From Ramazzottius varieornatus (lineage: Eukaryota; Animalia; Tardigrada): a stretch of 64,000 nt of DNA. Each line of letters starts with the position of its first letter. Position 1 is the stretch's first letter. Of the stretch, positions 1 through 13,429 are shown piece by piece. Location: assembly GCA_001949185.1 (NCBI GenBank), contig BDGG01000001.1, forward strand, positions 8,341,067 through 8,405,066. The letters run 5' to 3'. The translations under genes and the position numbers were made by a program. The notes under the pieces are model-generated. The model worked only from the letters and a program-made list of their open reading frames with translations. It was not told the origin of the DNA and did no database searches.

Positions 1-930
1 GGTCTGGGCATCAGACGCACAGAGCGGATCGCGCTTCATGGCTTCGATCTACTCCATGCAGGCGGGGGTACTCTCCATCTACCCTGAACGCGACCTGGAT
101 AGCGTCGTTAACCGCGGAATGGATCACTGGCCTCTCCTAACTTCCGCTGAGTTGCCATTTCTTGCACTGCGCCAGCAGCAACGTGCCTGGGACCTTCCTG
201 TGGTGACGGAAGAATTCGAAGAGCTGCTGAAGAGCGACATGACGAATGAGGCAAGGCTGATGGCGGTTTTACCCACGTCTTCTGCCGGGCTCTTCACTGA
301 AGAATTTTCTGGACCACAACACGCTACGGATCATCGTTGGGCTGCGCTTAGGATCGAGACTCTGTCAGCCTCATCGGTGTCGATGTGGAGTAGTCGACGA
401 AGATGGGCTTCACGGTCTGAGCTGTTTAAGGAGCGCGGGACGTCTCAGTAGGCACGCCAGCGAGTCGGTACGGAGAGCCCTGTTTCAGCACAAGTTCCCG
501 CGGTTCTGGAGCCACTAGAACTTTCACGAGACGACGGACTCAGACCCGATGGGAAGACCATGATACCTTGGGAGAGTGGGAAGGAGTTGGTCTGGGATGT
601 GACTGTTGTTGACACATGGCGAAGTCTTACGTCGGCAAGACCAGTGAGAAAGTTGGAGCTACAGCGGAAGATGCAGAGGAGAGAAAGATTTAGAAGGACC
701 AAGGTATCGCGTCACAATACCTCGTCGTTCCAGCGGGATTTGAGACCCGCGGATGGTGGGAACCAGCTGCGACGGAGCTGATCAACGCGATCGGGAAGAA
801 GCTTGTTGAGTTTTCTTTCGAGACTAGATCTTTTCAATATTTAAAACAACGTCTCTTGGCATTCAGCGAGGAAATGCTTTTTGTGGTATGGGTACTGCGA
901 AGGAGACTAAAGGACTTGAAGAGATATCAG
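1..930 (+). mobile_element. Degenerate non-LTR retrotransposon 3' part (CRE-like, restriction-like endonuclease), frameshifted
   Basis: Across frames: GLGIRR (end of RT), zinc knuckle CQPHRCRCGVVDEDGLHGLSC, RLE motif [36 protein letters not shown], and the terminal QRL..IQRGNA motif near 848-878. Confidence 0.8.
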
Positions 931-1639
931 GTGCGGAAGTATGACTTGTCCCTTTTCGAAGGGACACATTCAAGATTTTTGTCAGAGTTTGTTTCTGGTC
1001 TACTCTATTCTCTTCAATGTAATGTGTTGTTCACCAAAACTCTTCTTATCACGGCAGCAGAAACTAGGTCTGTGCGTTGACAACGGAAGGAGAAAGCCGG
1101 GTTTAAAGTCAAAGGGGGAAATTATTTTCGCTGTTTTTCAATTTTTTTCTTCCGGCACTGGCCTCATCAACTTCAAAGCGAATTTTGTCACGTTGTGGAC
1201 CATTGTTGGGTCTTTATTATGGCCGTCAGAAGTTTCCCATTGCAGCTTGTGGAATTTGAAAAGCAAGAATTTCCGTTTTTTCCGGGTGTAAACCCAGCTT
1301 TCAAAGTGCGCCACTTTGGTACGGTAGTCAGAACTAAATCTTTTTCGTACGGCGGACTTGCTGAAAACCTTTGGTAGAATGTTCGGCAGATGCATCAGGC
1401 TGTGCTCTATTTCTGACCGAAGTTGATAAGCGATCAGACTCTCGGAACCCTCGCGAAGATGTAATGTCTAGAGTTGTTTCAAGTTTCTACTCGGATAAAT
1501 TTGTTGCCCCCTACTTCAAAAAGAAATTCCTGATATTGGTTTTGAGAAAACGTTTACTAGAGTAAGTTTTTCAGGCATTATCAGATTTGCAAAGAGATTT
1601 GGGCGCTCGAAAAGTTTGTTTTCCCGAAAGTGACGGGCT

Positions 1640-2600
1640 TTTCATAAGGCAGTCACTTTCGCCAAACTGAATTTGTTTCTTGACGAACACCGAAGATTAG
1701 AATATCGATGAATATGTTTAAAAGCCGAATGATCGTACATCCTACCGTAAAAAGTTTGGGACAAAACACTTCGCTCAGGCAGAAGAAAACAATTTTTGAA
1801 GTTGGTGCTCGGAATCGAGGGACAAGTCATACTTCCGCACCTGATATTTATGCAAATCTCAGAACCTTTTCCTCGTAATTTGTTGAATCTAATTGTGTCT
1901 CCTGTTTTCCATCGCTGTCTTCTTTCGGAGAAAAAGTTATTAGTCTGAATAAGACATCCATCTCGATATTTCACTGACTGATTAACAACTTCATGACAGA
2001 AGGCAGGGACCCAGCAGGAACCGGCAAGAACAGCGCGTCGGCTTTTGAAGGTGGGGAGGAGTTTGACGGTGAACTGAAGACTGGATTGAAGTATGAATGA
2101 CCGGGCAATGTTCTGCATGGCCAACTCTGTTACCATCACCGACAAGTCTCACTTCTTCATTATTTGCAAGTATGAATACTTCTCTGAACATTCCTGCGAA
2201 TGATAAGCCTGGATGTTGAAGTCTTTCTTCATTACAGACCGCAGATACATCTCGACGGAAAGCACTCTGTTCTCGGTTGAGTATAGTTAACTTACTGGAC
2301 TGGACATGCCGAGTGAACTCGAACAGATACCGGTGGACGATAAGGACAAACCGATAGAGGTACCAAATATTGTTTGCGAGAGAGGTACCAAATAAGCTTT
2401 GCCGCAACCAGGCAAAACCAGGTTTTGATTGGTTCAGGTGCAAGCGCTCTCCGCCCAGCAATGGTAGGTTGGTGCGTGATAACTCCGGTAACTTATAATG
2501 AGACGCGACAAGCACATACACACACCGCTGAGCTGTAGGCTTGTGCGTGGTCAATCTGGTGACAATGAGACGCGACAAGCACACGCATACGCCACCTGGT
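1640..2600 (-). mobile_element. Highly decayed LINE (CR1/L2-like) APE endonuclease and linker remnant
   Basis: Minus strand, different frames, expected order: YRPP (~2335), KDFNIQ (GDFN-like, ~2220), GHAEHCPV (SDH-like, ~2110), then linker WKTGDTIRFNKLR. Confidence 0.45.
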
Positions 2601-4093
2601 ATACGTGAACTGACGTAGGCATTGTATCAGACTTTGGACGATTTCTGGATCTTCTTCTCGTCTCCTGTTATCCCCTTTTCTACCTTGCTTTCCCTCATTT
2701 CTACTGGATCGAGTAAGTGATCAGCCTTCATGGAAGTCGTCAGAGGATGTGTGGTGGATTACTGGCTACCTCACTGCTGTTGGTTTATGTTAGCCGACGA
2801 AGACCCGTGTAATCTTCGCCGTGGTCTCCTGCCAGTTCTTCTCGGCTTTCCCGTCTTCCTGTTTGGGTTCTTCCTGCGCCGTGGGATGGGGTACGTGGCT
2901 GGCCTTCGTAGTTTATCACGTGATGCATGGTCGACTCCTCGGTCTTCTCCCTTAGTCTAACTGATTTGTTTCAGTCGACGAAGCGTCCTGCCCCCGCCAT
3001 CGCCTGCTGGTTGCTGTCAGTGGTTTCTCGTCTTCTCCTCGCCTGAACGGTCATTCCTTTTCTCTTTGCTGTCCCTTCAAGCTCCACCAGAGTCTCCCGC
3101 GCAATTCTGTTCTGTTTCAGAATAGTGGCAGTAAGAGCAGGGATATACGCTGTTGATATTTCGCATGCAGGTGCGCGTCTCAGATCGACTTTTGTATTGT
3201 GGTGCACGAAAGTTCCAGATTTATAAAACGTGCGCGACAAGTACATACGGACATATATCCTGCGCATCGCTTTCTGGGCAGTTACGATTAACTTCAACAA
3301 AATGTCGACGTCATCAGTTCTGGTTGGCGTGTCGGTGTGGTCTCGCCTCCTCCAATCAGGTTTAAAATTGTGTCTCCACTCTTCCGATATTACCGTGTTG
3401 TACAGCTGTAAGACCAGTACTCAACTGACCCTGGCTGTACTGGACAATTGGAGTGGACAGACTGATTTGAAACGACGTGAAAACGCGACGGAAGCACGAA
3501 AACATTTTTTCCTGTGTTCCCCCAATGAAGCAAAAGTGATACAGTGAACGACGGAAATTCCGAAAGCGCAATCCATTATTTGAAAACATTCTGAAATTAA
3601 TGTACTCGTAGTGATTAAATGAAATTCTAGCCCATACCCAATCACCATCGAAAGTCAGCCGCGGCCAGTCAAATAAATTTGCCAGTAAAGACACCTAGAA
3701 CTGCAAAAGTATGATCTGCCGATGACGTGAATTTTAAAGAGGACTAGAAGTATGATGACGTAACCAGGTGGGAAAAATAAATTTTTTAAATCTGGTTTGG
3801 AGCGTTATTGGGAGATGCCGATAGCTAATGCGTCGTCGTCATGTTCCACGAAATGCACTAACCAGAGATCCCGACTGGACAAAAATCGATTTCTGCCGGC
3901 GCGCTTGCCGAATGCCGGTCTGGCATAATTCATTACTCTGCAGCAGCGGTGCTCGTATTACAGACGGAAAGTCTAGGCATAAAGAAAACAATCGAAAATC
4001 AATAAAAACCAAGCTGATAGCTTCATCAGCTCGATAATTGAGGCATAATTACTCAGATTATTCTGATCACTGCTTCTAACTAGCATATTCGAT

Positions 4094-4993
4094 ATGCTTA
4101 TGATATTCTATTTACAGCTGGCGGCAGAGCTGTACCCGGAAATCAAACGTCTCACCGAAGTTCTGCAGAAGAAGGAACTTGACTTTGCTGGGGCAATGCA
4201 GCGAGTGTTGGGTCTCATCGAGTATTTTCGACAAAACGAGAATAATTTCGACGAACAGTCTCTGTTCGGAAAGGCATTTCTGAAAAGTGTAGAAGATGGC
4301 CGCCACTTTTCACATGAAAGTGGAGGACAAACTGCCGAAACGGTTGTACCTTGTGGCTGACAGTACCCCGCCCCCCCACGCCACCTAGTGACATAGAAGG
4401 CGTGAAGGCAAACTACAGTGAGGAGGTCGTACAGCGATATCTGACAGAAATGAGGGAAGCGTTAGAACAGCGCTTCGAGATCACGTCCCCAATTCTGACT
4501 GCACTTGGTCATTTACTGCCAACCGTTGTCGACCCAAACACCGAAATACCATTCCTCTAGATCTCTTTAATCCAGTGCTAAAGTTCTACGGCAAAATTCT
4601 GGGCGACACTTCCGCTTTTCCACAGGAAACGCGCAAGTGGCAAATCTACTGGCGTGCAGAGTCCAGCAATATCCGTAACAGCGACCACTGACAAAACCCT
4701 TTATCGCGAGGAAATTTTGGCAGAACTGTTCCGTTAATTAAAAGTTTGTTACGCATTCTGGCTACCATTCCCGCAACTTCGGCCTCAGCACAAAGAAGCT
4801 TTTCAGTTCTGAAACGAGAAAAAACTTATCTCCGTAGTTCCATGTTGAACTCCCGACTGAACTGGATGACATTAGTACACTTGTACCGAGACATCGTCGT
4901 AGACCACAAAACTGTCTTTGAATGATATAAGAGTGGTTTTCCCGATGAGAACTTTCAGACTCCCGCAGCTCGACGGGCTCTATCGTTCAACTG
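4094..4993 (+). pseudogene. hAT (Tip100/ZMYM-type) transposase C-terminal remnant
   Basis: LTEVLQKKELDFAGAM helix, then hAT dimerisation domain PLIKSLLRILATIPATSASAQRSFSVLKREKTYLRSSMLNSRLNWMTLVH (~4731-4880); stops and frameshifts. Confidence 0.8.
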
Positions 4994-5769
4994 AGCGACT
5001 TGGAAACCGGCCAGTGCATCATTTCGACCAACGAAGAACTGGCAGACGACATGGAGTCTTTTGATATTGCTGATATTGGTGCTTTCTTACCTGAAGCTTA
5101 GTTAGACTTATCTTCCAGTATGTACATATTTTTTCGTACACTTTTCGCGTGTATACAGTTCTCTCGATGGGTTCATTGTGATGTCCGAAGCAGAGACCAT
5201 CTAGGTAGAATTCTTTTCGGGGGTTTCTTTGCGTTCTTCCTCCCACAAAAAAATTTATGGTGCGTGTTGCGAGCGTGCTGTGCATGAACTTCTCAAATAA
5301 AAATCCACTTTCAAACCTGGAATTTCTGGAAGGTTGCGTCATCATATTTTACCTGTGCTCAACATTTACGTCATCCACAGGTCGTACATGTCGGCAACAT
5401 CTGTCTCTACTGGGAAAATATCTTGTTTGGCCGCCACTGTCGAAAGTCACCCCCAGGGTTAACTTTTCATGGCAAACAACATTCCTGCTGGTGACATCAT
5501 CGAAAAACCTTTCTGTCACGTGATTCGAGCAAAATCGTCCGAAGTGCGGCCAAAACTGTCTGACGAAACCGCATCTTTCCTCGCTGAGTACCGCTGTTGG
5601 TGCGTTCTTCTTTCAGCGGGCAATTAATCATTTGCCTTTCACCGTAAAATGGCCGTGCTCTGGGTTATGCCGCGGTTGTTCCAGCTTGCGCGGCGTAACA
5701 AATAACGTTTCGCTCGTCGAGCAAGGAAACGTTAGGATATAATCTTTGCGTCTTAGGCCGGCAAACGAA

Positions 5770-5850
5770 ATGTGAAGATCGCCCTCTCGAGCAGCGCACG
5801 GGTTCGTTGTTGGTGACTCGGAGCGTGCGCCACTTGGCAAAGCGACTTCT
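5770..5850. repeat. GTGGCGCAC-N25 palindromic element, degenerate copy
   Basis: cagcgcac-25 nt-gtgcgccacttgg. Confidence 0.6.
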
Positions 5851-5880
5851 TACGTCTCGTTTGCCGGAACCGAAGGCGTA

Positions 5881-6406
5881 CACGCACCTGGCCTAACTGT
5901 TAGCATGGACAAAACCGGCCGAAAGCGGCAACGCAAATTAGACTAAGATGGCCGTTGCCGCTTGCGGCGGGCTGCCAAGCGTATTGTCCATGCCAGAGTT
6001 TATACATCCTGCATAGACCTGCGGCAGTGTAACACGGTAATATCGGATCAGCGGAAACACAATCTCAGACCTGATTGGAGGAGGTGGAAATACACCGACC
6101 CGCCCCTCGGAACTGATGACGTTACAGGTCTGGTGCAATGTCAGTTGACTCGTACCAGTGGTGTTTGCATGTACTTGTCGCGTCTCATTGTAAATTACAC
6201 AGTTGTCACGCACTATCTCACAACCACTGGGCGTAGACGCGCACGAGTCTGAACCAATAAAAACTCTTTTGTTTTCTTGTTGCGGCAAAGCTCTGTCGAA
6301 GTTTCCCATCAAGCTGATGCCATTTTAACCGTTTGAGCAGTCAATGCTGCGGGACTATGCAGGATATATGGACTCTGTCCATGCCAACAGTTAGGTCAGG
6401 CGCATG
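5881..6406. mobile_element. MITE, Tc1/mariner-type
   Basis: ~31-bp imperfect TIRs cacgcacctggcctaactgttagcatggaca / tgtccatgccaacagttaggtcaggcgcatg, TA on both sides. Confidence 0.75.
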
Positions 6407-7271
6407 TACAGATAATGTATTAAATTTTTCAGCACCATCGCCGCTTCGGGCTCGCAGACGATTTGATTTGTTTCGTTCAGAGCCTGCGTAACGAACGGTC
6501 AAAGCCCCGGCCGACACGGCCCTGAGTCGGCGTGCTTAACCCCTCCTAGAGTGGTTTATTCTTTTTTTGACCGTTTCTCACTGTTCAGTGTTTGATGGAA
6601 CACTCTGTGGGAAGCATTCAGAAAACCGAGATGCGCTCGTATCAACTGCAAAACGCAACGCAGCGCTTGTACCACGCAGCATAATAATAGCACCGAATCG
6701 CGCAACGATCGCGTCGACAACAATTGCGCCGAGCGCAACAACGCAGTAGTGACTAATGACAACGCATGACATTACTTCCGGATGTTGATGCTTGAAGAGT
6801 TGAAATTAACACAACAAAACTACTGCAAAAACCTTCTTGAATGAGTGTCTTGACCAATTAGGTGTCAGTTGTAGCTGTGTCGTGGTGGTCACTCACCGCA
6901 CCGACGTTTTCCTGCAGCCAAACCGGTACGGGAGCACCGAGGAACCAAGTCAAGCTCCGGTACTTCTTCTTTCGAGTCTTTCGGTATCATGCCGACTGCT
7001 TTCTTGAAGCTTGTTCGGCGTCCTCGTAAAGGCATACAAGAGAACTCGTCTTCCGGCACCTCAGGCACAAACGTATTTTCATCTTCTCCGGAGACCAGCA
7101 CCTGTCGAAGGTACGGCCAGACCGATCCATAGAAATACCCTTTATGAAATAAACAAACGTAAGCTATGTACTGAAGAAAAGACCCGTGGAGTCTCTGGTC
7201 AAACAGAAAAATCTGCAAAGCACTACTTTCCAAACCCGGAGCTCATTGTAAATTTGGCCAAGCTTTGGATA

Positions 7272-9235
7272 CAGTAATAATTCTCACTTCTTCATTACGT
7301 CACTGGGCGAGCTGCTTGATAGAGAGTGTGCGAAGAAGTTCAAATTTACTCTTGATGACTCAAGTAACCGTAGAAAAAAACCAAAGGAAGCCGTCAGATA
7401 GATTACGCGATTACATTTAAACGAGTACTGTATGATCATCTTCGTCGAACCTAAGCATTTCATCTACGCTCTCTAAAGCTTCAAGTTCGTCGCTAGTCAG
7501 GGTATTTTCAAGTTCGTCACCAGTCACAGTATCTACGGGATCATCAACAATCTCTGAGCTGCCACCAATGCCGCAGCGACGGAAACAGTTTAGTATCGTG
7601 GACTTCTTGACTGACTTCGCCCCTTCCAGACACCATAACGTCGCGTCATAAATTTCGATGGATTTGCTGAATTCATTCGCGCTTTTCTTCTGCAAGATCG
7701 CATTGGCCGTGGCTTTCGCCATATTTTGCTTGAAATAGTCCTTGAAGGACTTGATGATACCCGCGTCCAGCGGCTGTAATCTCGAAGTGGTGTTGGGGGG
7801 CAGAAATACCAGCTTAACGTTCGAGCGGCTTCCGACCTGGTAAGCGGCAAAGTTATCTGCAAGTAGAATGATATGCCGTCCTTGCTTGATCGTCAGCTCG
7901 TTCAGCCAATCAAGCCAAGGGCCGAATGTGGCTTTCGTAACCCACGCGGTTTTATTATGAAAGTAATGAAAACTGTGTTTTTCGACATTGACTTCCAGCC
8001 ATCCGTTTCGACGATAAGAGCGGGGAACTTCGGAAAAGGCGACGATCTTAACCGGTAGCATGTCCCCAGTTCCAGAGCACGTCAGCATGCTCGTGAAACG
8101 ATCTTTTACCAGCTTCGTTCCACGGACTTCTTCGTTGCCAATAAGAAGGGTCTTATTGCCTAACTCGCGCCAGGAAACTCCAGTCTCGTCACAGTTGTAA
8201 ACATTTGCTGGATCGATATTGAGCAAAATCGTCGGAAGGTCGATGTGCAGCCACTTATCGATCGCACTCAAGTCAACGCTTCCGGCTTCACCTAAAAACG
8301 TAAAAAACCATAGAACGATCGCAAAGTGAAACATTGTAGAATAGATCTTGTTTATCCTTACCGTGGAGAGTAACGAAGCGAACTTTATGGCTCCGACACC
8401 ACTTGTCAAACCATCCCTGAGTGCCCAGAAAATTTTCCAACCCGAGTTCTCGCGCCTTCGACACTGCATATTCTCTCATCATGAACGGACGAAGCGGGTA
8501 CTTTTCTTCTCGGGCAGCTTTGAACAATTTTAGGCAGTACTGGTCGATCTCGGGTAGGTCAGCTTATGTCGAACCTGCTTGGCGCTGACATTCCTTCCAG
8601 CAGTAACGGCAGCTAAGATCTCGTGTTCCAGCTTGGTAATTTCTGCGACCGCTGTAGGTGTTACTGAATACTGATCAGCCAGGTCGGTGTTCGGCGTCTG
8701 CAAATAGAACAGGAATTCTACTTCTGAACAGAAATTCCAGACTTCTTACAGTATTCCACGACATCCAGAAATCAGTTGCGTTGAACTTCTTTTACAGCTC
8801 CAAAAGAAGCACTTTCTCGCGCAACACCAGCTGCCTCGTTTTTCGTCCACGAATGATCATCTTCCTTGCTGAAGGGGCCATTTTCTACGTTCGAATATCG
8901 CAGCAAGATATCTCCCAATAATCGTCCCGCAAACATCCAACGTTCTTCTTATCTTTCGTAAACTCATCCGCGAGATCAGTTTGAAGTCAAAGCCTAGTCG
9001 CGTTCCCTTCTCTAAATCTCTGAATGGATCTGTAGAGCGCTTTCTGAGACAGTAATACCCGAAGGTACGTGCTAGAGTAAACTAGAATCAACAGGTTGCT
9101 CGAAATGCAAATGCCGCTGTGTACGACTGCAAATTGTGATGACGTATGCGTGTGCCAATCGCAAACTAACTTTTAGCTGTTTCGGCATGTAGAAATCACT
9201 CGTGTGACGTAATGAAGAAGTGAGAATTATTACTG
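7272..9235 (-). mobile_element. pogo/Tigger DNA transposon, full length
   Basis: Perfect 32-bp TIRs cagtaataattctcacttcttcattacgtcac (7272-7303 / 9204-9235), TA TSD, internal DDE_1 transposase. Confidence 0.93.
7417..8881 (-). pseudogene. Tigger-like transposase (HTH, CENP-B HTH, DDE_1), spliced, 5' part disrupted
   Basis: VYNCDETG, LLADNFAAY, FLPPNTTSRLQPLDAGIIKSFK; intron 8292-8361 joins GWFDKW..LHG/EAGSVD; frameshift near 8555 and a stop in the putative first exon. Confidence 0.85.
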
Positions 9236-9587
9236 TATGGCCACTGGATAACTCACAGTACGATTGCTATGGCCAGCAAAAAGATGACTAGAGGCAATCT
9301 AGATATAGCCGACGACTATCTTGGTGACCTTTCGTGGCCATCAATAGCCAATGGTCACAGCTATTGGCTGTCTACAGTTAAAAGATAGCCGAGTAAGGTC
9401 ATGCCGTAATCTCCACTCCGGATTTTTCGGGTGGAAATCACCATTACCTCGTAGTGTTCATTGGTACGCGGCACGCCTTCGGATAGACTACACTAAGTGG
9501 ACACACTTTTCTGGTGGGACGATGGGGGAGAGCTTCATCTAGAGTCTAAGCCGCGTAGCTAAATCCAGAAACGATCTTGCAACAAAA

Positions 9588-11280
9588 CAGTGTTGCATTT
9601 AGTTTCAGTCCGAGACTGACAGAATATCAGTTTTTAATTCAGTTTCAGTTTTCGTCTTGAGACTAGACTAATACAGCTTATCAGTTCGTCGGACTAAAAC
9701 TGAAATGATAGGGACTGAATGGCTCACCCGGGGACTGAAACTTAATGCTCGAAAGACTAAAACTGATATGTTGCGACTGAAACTGATTCCCGGACGATAT
9801 CAGTTTCAGTCTGTGGAACTAACAAGGAAACCTCGGAGACGCTCTCTTCCAATCTTTTGTTTTTTGTCTCTTAAACGATAGAGGAGGTTTCCAGGTACCT
9901 TTTATGAAGCATCAGAATCGGCCGAATACCTGTTCCCAAAATCTAACGACCCCAAAACGAGTGTACAGCACGTTTCGAAATTCTTTTGAATTTTAGGAGT
10001 GGAGTTCCCTCGACCACAATGCTTCATAAAAGGTACCTGTGGACGTCCTCTATCGTTTAAAAAAAACAACCAAAGAATTCGAAAAAGCGTCTCCGGGGTT
10101 TCCTTGTTAGTCCCACAGACAAACTGATATCCTGTAAATATATCAGTCTCACAAGGGATTTACGCGAGTCTGTCCACCATGATCCGCAAACCAATACGAC
10201 AGAAAGACAGAGGAGAGTTTGCTCCACAATCTGAGACCGACTGAATCGGCGGTATGAAATCCTGGAAGACACCGCAGGAAGCGGAAGTGACGTCAAACTT
10301 CAGGGCGGATCATCAATTGGAAAGTAAATCAACCGGTTTGATTGCCTACTTGTTGATTTGGTATCGGTTGATCCCGCTGCACTTGCACTCTCCGAGCGCA
10401 ACCCGTTTTGCTGTGACTGTTGCTTCTTTGCTCTTACGGTCTTCCTTCCGTTACTGAGTAATCTCTACACGTGACCGATATGGATTCCGTCAATCCGTTG
10501 ACGTCATCATCCACATCTGGGGACGAGGAACAGTTTCACGTGCTAACACTGGAGCATGCTCCCTTCGCGTTTGATTCGCTCATTTCCAGAAGGGACAAAG
10601 TACTCCCTCAACCTAAAGGCGCCTGCCTTTCTAGGTCTGAGCCAGGCTAATGCTGTGTATTGAAAACGACAATCATACCTTTGACCAGTGTCTTTCAGCT
10701 GTTTGTCAGCCTCGCTCGGTTGATCGTCCAGTTGGAAGAACTGTTCGTTGTCGTCCTCCAGAAGCTCCAGGACTTTCAACGGATTGACGGAAGCCAGTTC
10801 GGCCACGTGTAGAGATTACTCAGTAACGGAAGGAAGAAGGTACGTTCGTAAGAGCAAAGAAGCAACAGGTACAGCAAAAAATGAAACGATGCCAAATCAA
10901 CCAGTAGGCAATCAAATCGGTTGATTTACTTTCGAATTGATGATCCGCCCTGAAGTTGACGTCACTTCCGCTTCGTGCGGTGTCTTCCAGGATTTTATTC
11001 CACCGATTAAGTCTATCTCAGATTGTGGAGCAAACTCTCCTCATGTTTCTGTCGTATTGGTTTGCGGATCATGGTGGACAGACTGGCGTAAATCCCTTGT
11101 CAGTCTCGGGACTAAAACTGATATCCCGTGAGACTGAATTGGTATAGTCTAGCTGAGATTGATATTAAAACTGGCCTATAGCAGTCCAGTCCAACGAGAT
11201 TGATATACAAAGAGACTGAACGCGGTTCAGTCAGACGAAAACTGAGACTAAATATGGGACTGAAACTAAATACAACGCTG
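9588..11280. mobile_element. Foldback / non-autonomous element with nested long inverted repeats
   Basis: Imperfect terminal IRs cagtgttgcatttagtttcagtcc / ggactgaaactaaatacaacgctg, many gactgaaact subrepeats, internal IR pairs ~9796-9912/10019-10131 and ~10150-10501/10777-11103; no TSD found. Confidence 0.75.
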
Positions 11281-11789
11281 AGCTGCATGTACTTCTTTGC
11301 ATAAGCTGTTCATTCTGATCTTTCTCTCACTGACTGATTCAGTCTTGACTTTGCAGAGTCACAGCTGACATCCCTTTCCGAAGATTTCCCTTCTGCGTTA
11401 AGATACCCGATCTTGCTGGTTATTTTCCCATATTTTTACCCATAACCTCCCTACAGAGGTGGGGAATGAAACACAAAATCTCTCTTGCCTCGCCGTCGCG
11501 TACTATCGGGTAAATTGATCATAATTCACGATTGGACCGTACGAGGAGCGAAACCCTACTTTTTCCACTGGTATCCAGTCAAGTTCTGCAGATGACAATG
11601 TTGGGTGCCTTGCTCCGTCAAGATCAGCTGATCACATTTACCACCATAAGGCGACCGAGAAGGAGTGGGTAAAGTTTTAACTGTTCTGATTTAAGGTAGA
11701 AATCAGGGCAGAAGCAGAAGTGCGTCTGTCGCATGGACACTCTCTTTCTACTTCCGATGTCACATATGACACCATTGGTCGTATTATGC

Positions 11790-11910
11790 GATCTTGTGGC
11801 TGATTGTTTTCCCAAGTGGCGCAAATTTTCAATTTTATTGGCTAGAAGCGTGCGCCACTAGAGAATAACGATCTACCAAGCTTGGTTGTTTTGCTCAGTG
11901 GCGCATGTTT
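11790..11910. repeat. GTGGCGCAC-N25 palindromic element plus a half copy
   Basis: ttttcccaagtggcgcaa-25 nt-gtgcgccactag; second left arm near 11897. Confidence 0.8.
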
Positions 11911-12400
11911 ACATTTGAAAACCTTGGAGTCGACAGACTAAGGATGATGACAGCCTTCTAGCAAGGAATAAGTCACTCGAATACTACGTGAACAATGCGT
12001 TTTCGCTCGAAAGTGGGTAAAGTTTTAACTGTTCCGATTTCGGAATGAAATCAGGTCGGATGCTGCAATAACATTTCGTCACAGCTGCACGATTTCTACA
12101 TGATACAGCACATATGTGCTTTACTGGATTAGCTGATCCTGGACTGCAGCGAGGCTGGCTGCGCCCTCTGAAGAAAGCAAAATCCCTAATATCGAGCAGA
12201 GTTCCCGAACGACTTCTTCTGTGGAATTTCTCGCGTCATGATTTTCTACTTATTCCCACTTTTAACTGAATAGGAATAAAGCCAAGTGTTCGTAGGAACT
12301 TTCGAATTAGTTTGGGATCTTGGTAGCGGAACGTCAGTGAGAGAACGACGGTGGAAAAAGTTGTCGCCGGAACGGCAAACGGTTAAAGTAGGGTCTCGCT

Positions 12401-12740
12401 CCTCGTACAGGACATAATTCGGGCATAGCGGTTTTCGCATCATAATTTCGGCAATGCGAAATGTTCAAGTGTTATTATCAAGGCTTGATTGATTTCTGGT
12501 CGTACGCGTGTTAATACAACTTTAGGCGTTTTAACATTGGACAAACCCATCTCTCTCCCACGACAGATTCCTCTGACCTGCAAGATCTTGTCGTTCCCAA
12601 ACCTGAATATACCTTGAGGAGAAAGACTGATCTACCTCAGAAAACAAAAAGTACGCGACTGCGTGCAAAAAAAGCTGAAGAAAAATATGCTCGAATTTTG
12701 ATACAAAAACTGCCATACCCGAATTATGTCCTCTACCTCG
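12401..12740. mobile_element. Degenerate relative of the ~340-bp MITE at 41183 and 51349
   Basis: Ends ggacataattcgggcat and cccgaattatgtcctctacctcg, same length. Confidence 0.6.
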
Positions 12741-13429
12741 TTCAGACTTGGAACACGGGGCTGCAACCGGATCGTTCATGTGTTTTGCGAAGAACGTTGC
12801 ACATGTTGCTTTGGTTTGACGGAAATTTTTGGTCTGGTCATGTGACTGTTTTCCATGGCGTCAGCAGCAAAAGTGTTGTTGACCACAAAAGGTCAGTCCT
12901 ATGGGGTGGAATTTGGACATCTTTGGGGATGGGGCATTTTTTGGTCACGTAAGAGTTACAGCTCGTTCCCTATGGGTTCGACGAGTACGAGGTACCTCGT
13001 ACAGTATTGTGAAAATTCGCTGCGTCCGCGCAGTGCGTCATCCGGTCATCGTACATGCGAAGTACAGTCCCAGTTCGGCTCCACTGCCTGTTAAACCCCC
13101 CTACGGGAGTGAATCGTCATGTACGCGTATGTAGTGCGCTGACGCAGCGAATTTTTACAGTATGTGTCTAAGAACCCTTGTGTGGCCTGATGTCCACAAC
13201 AAACTGTGAACTGTCGTATCGCGGTTGGAGCCTTCTGTTGCATACTCAGGTCCTTCGCAGTCCGCATGAGTTAGTGCTCATGAGGGTGGTTATGGGTCAG
13301 CTACCCAAGCCTGTTGTGGTTGCTCTCAGTTTGCGCTCCTCGAGCCAGGAAACGTACTGATATAAAGTATTACCATCTAGCCCATCTGCTGTGTTTAGTC
13401 TAACCCATCATCACACAAAGATTAGCGCA

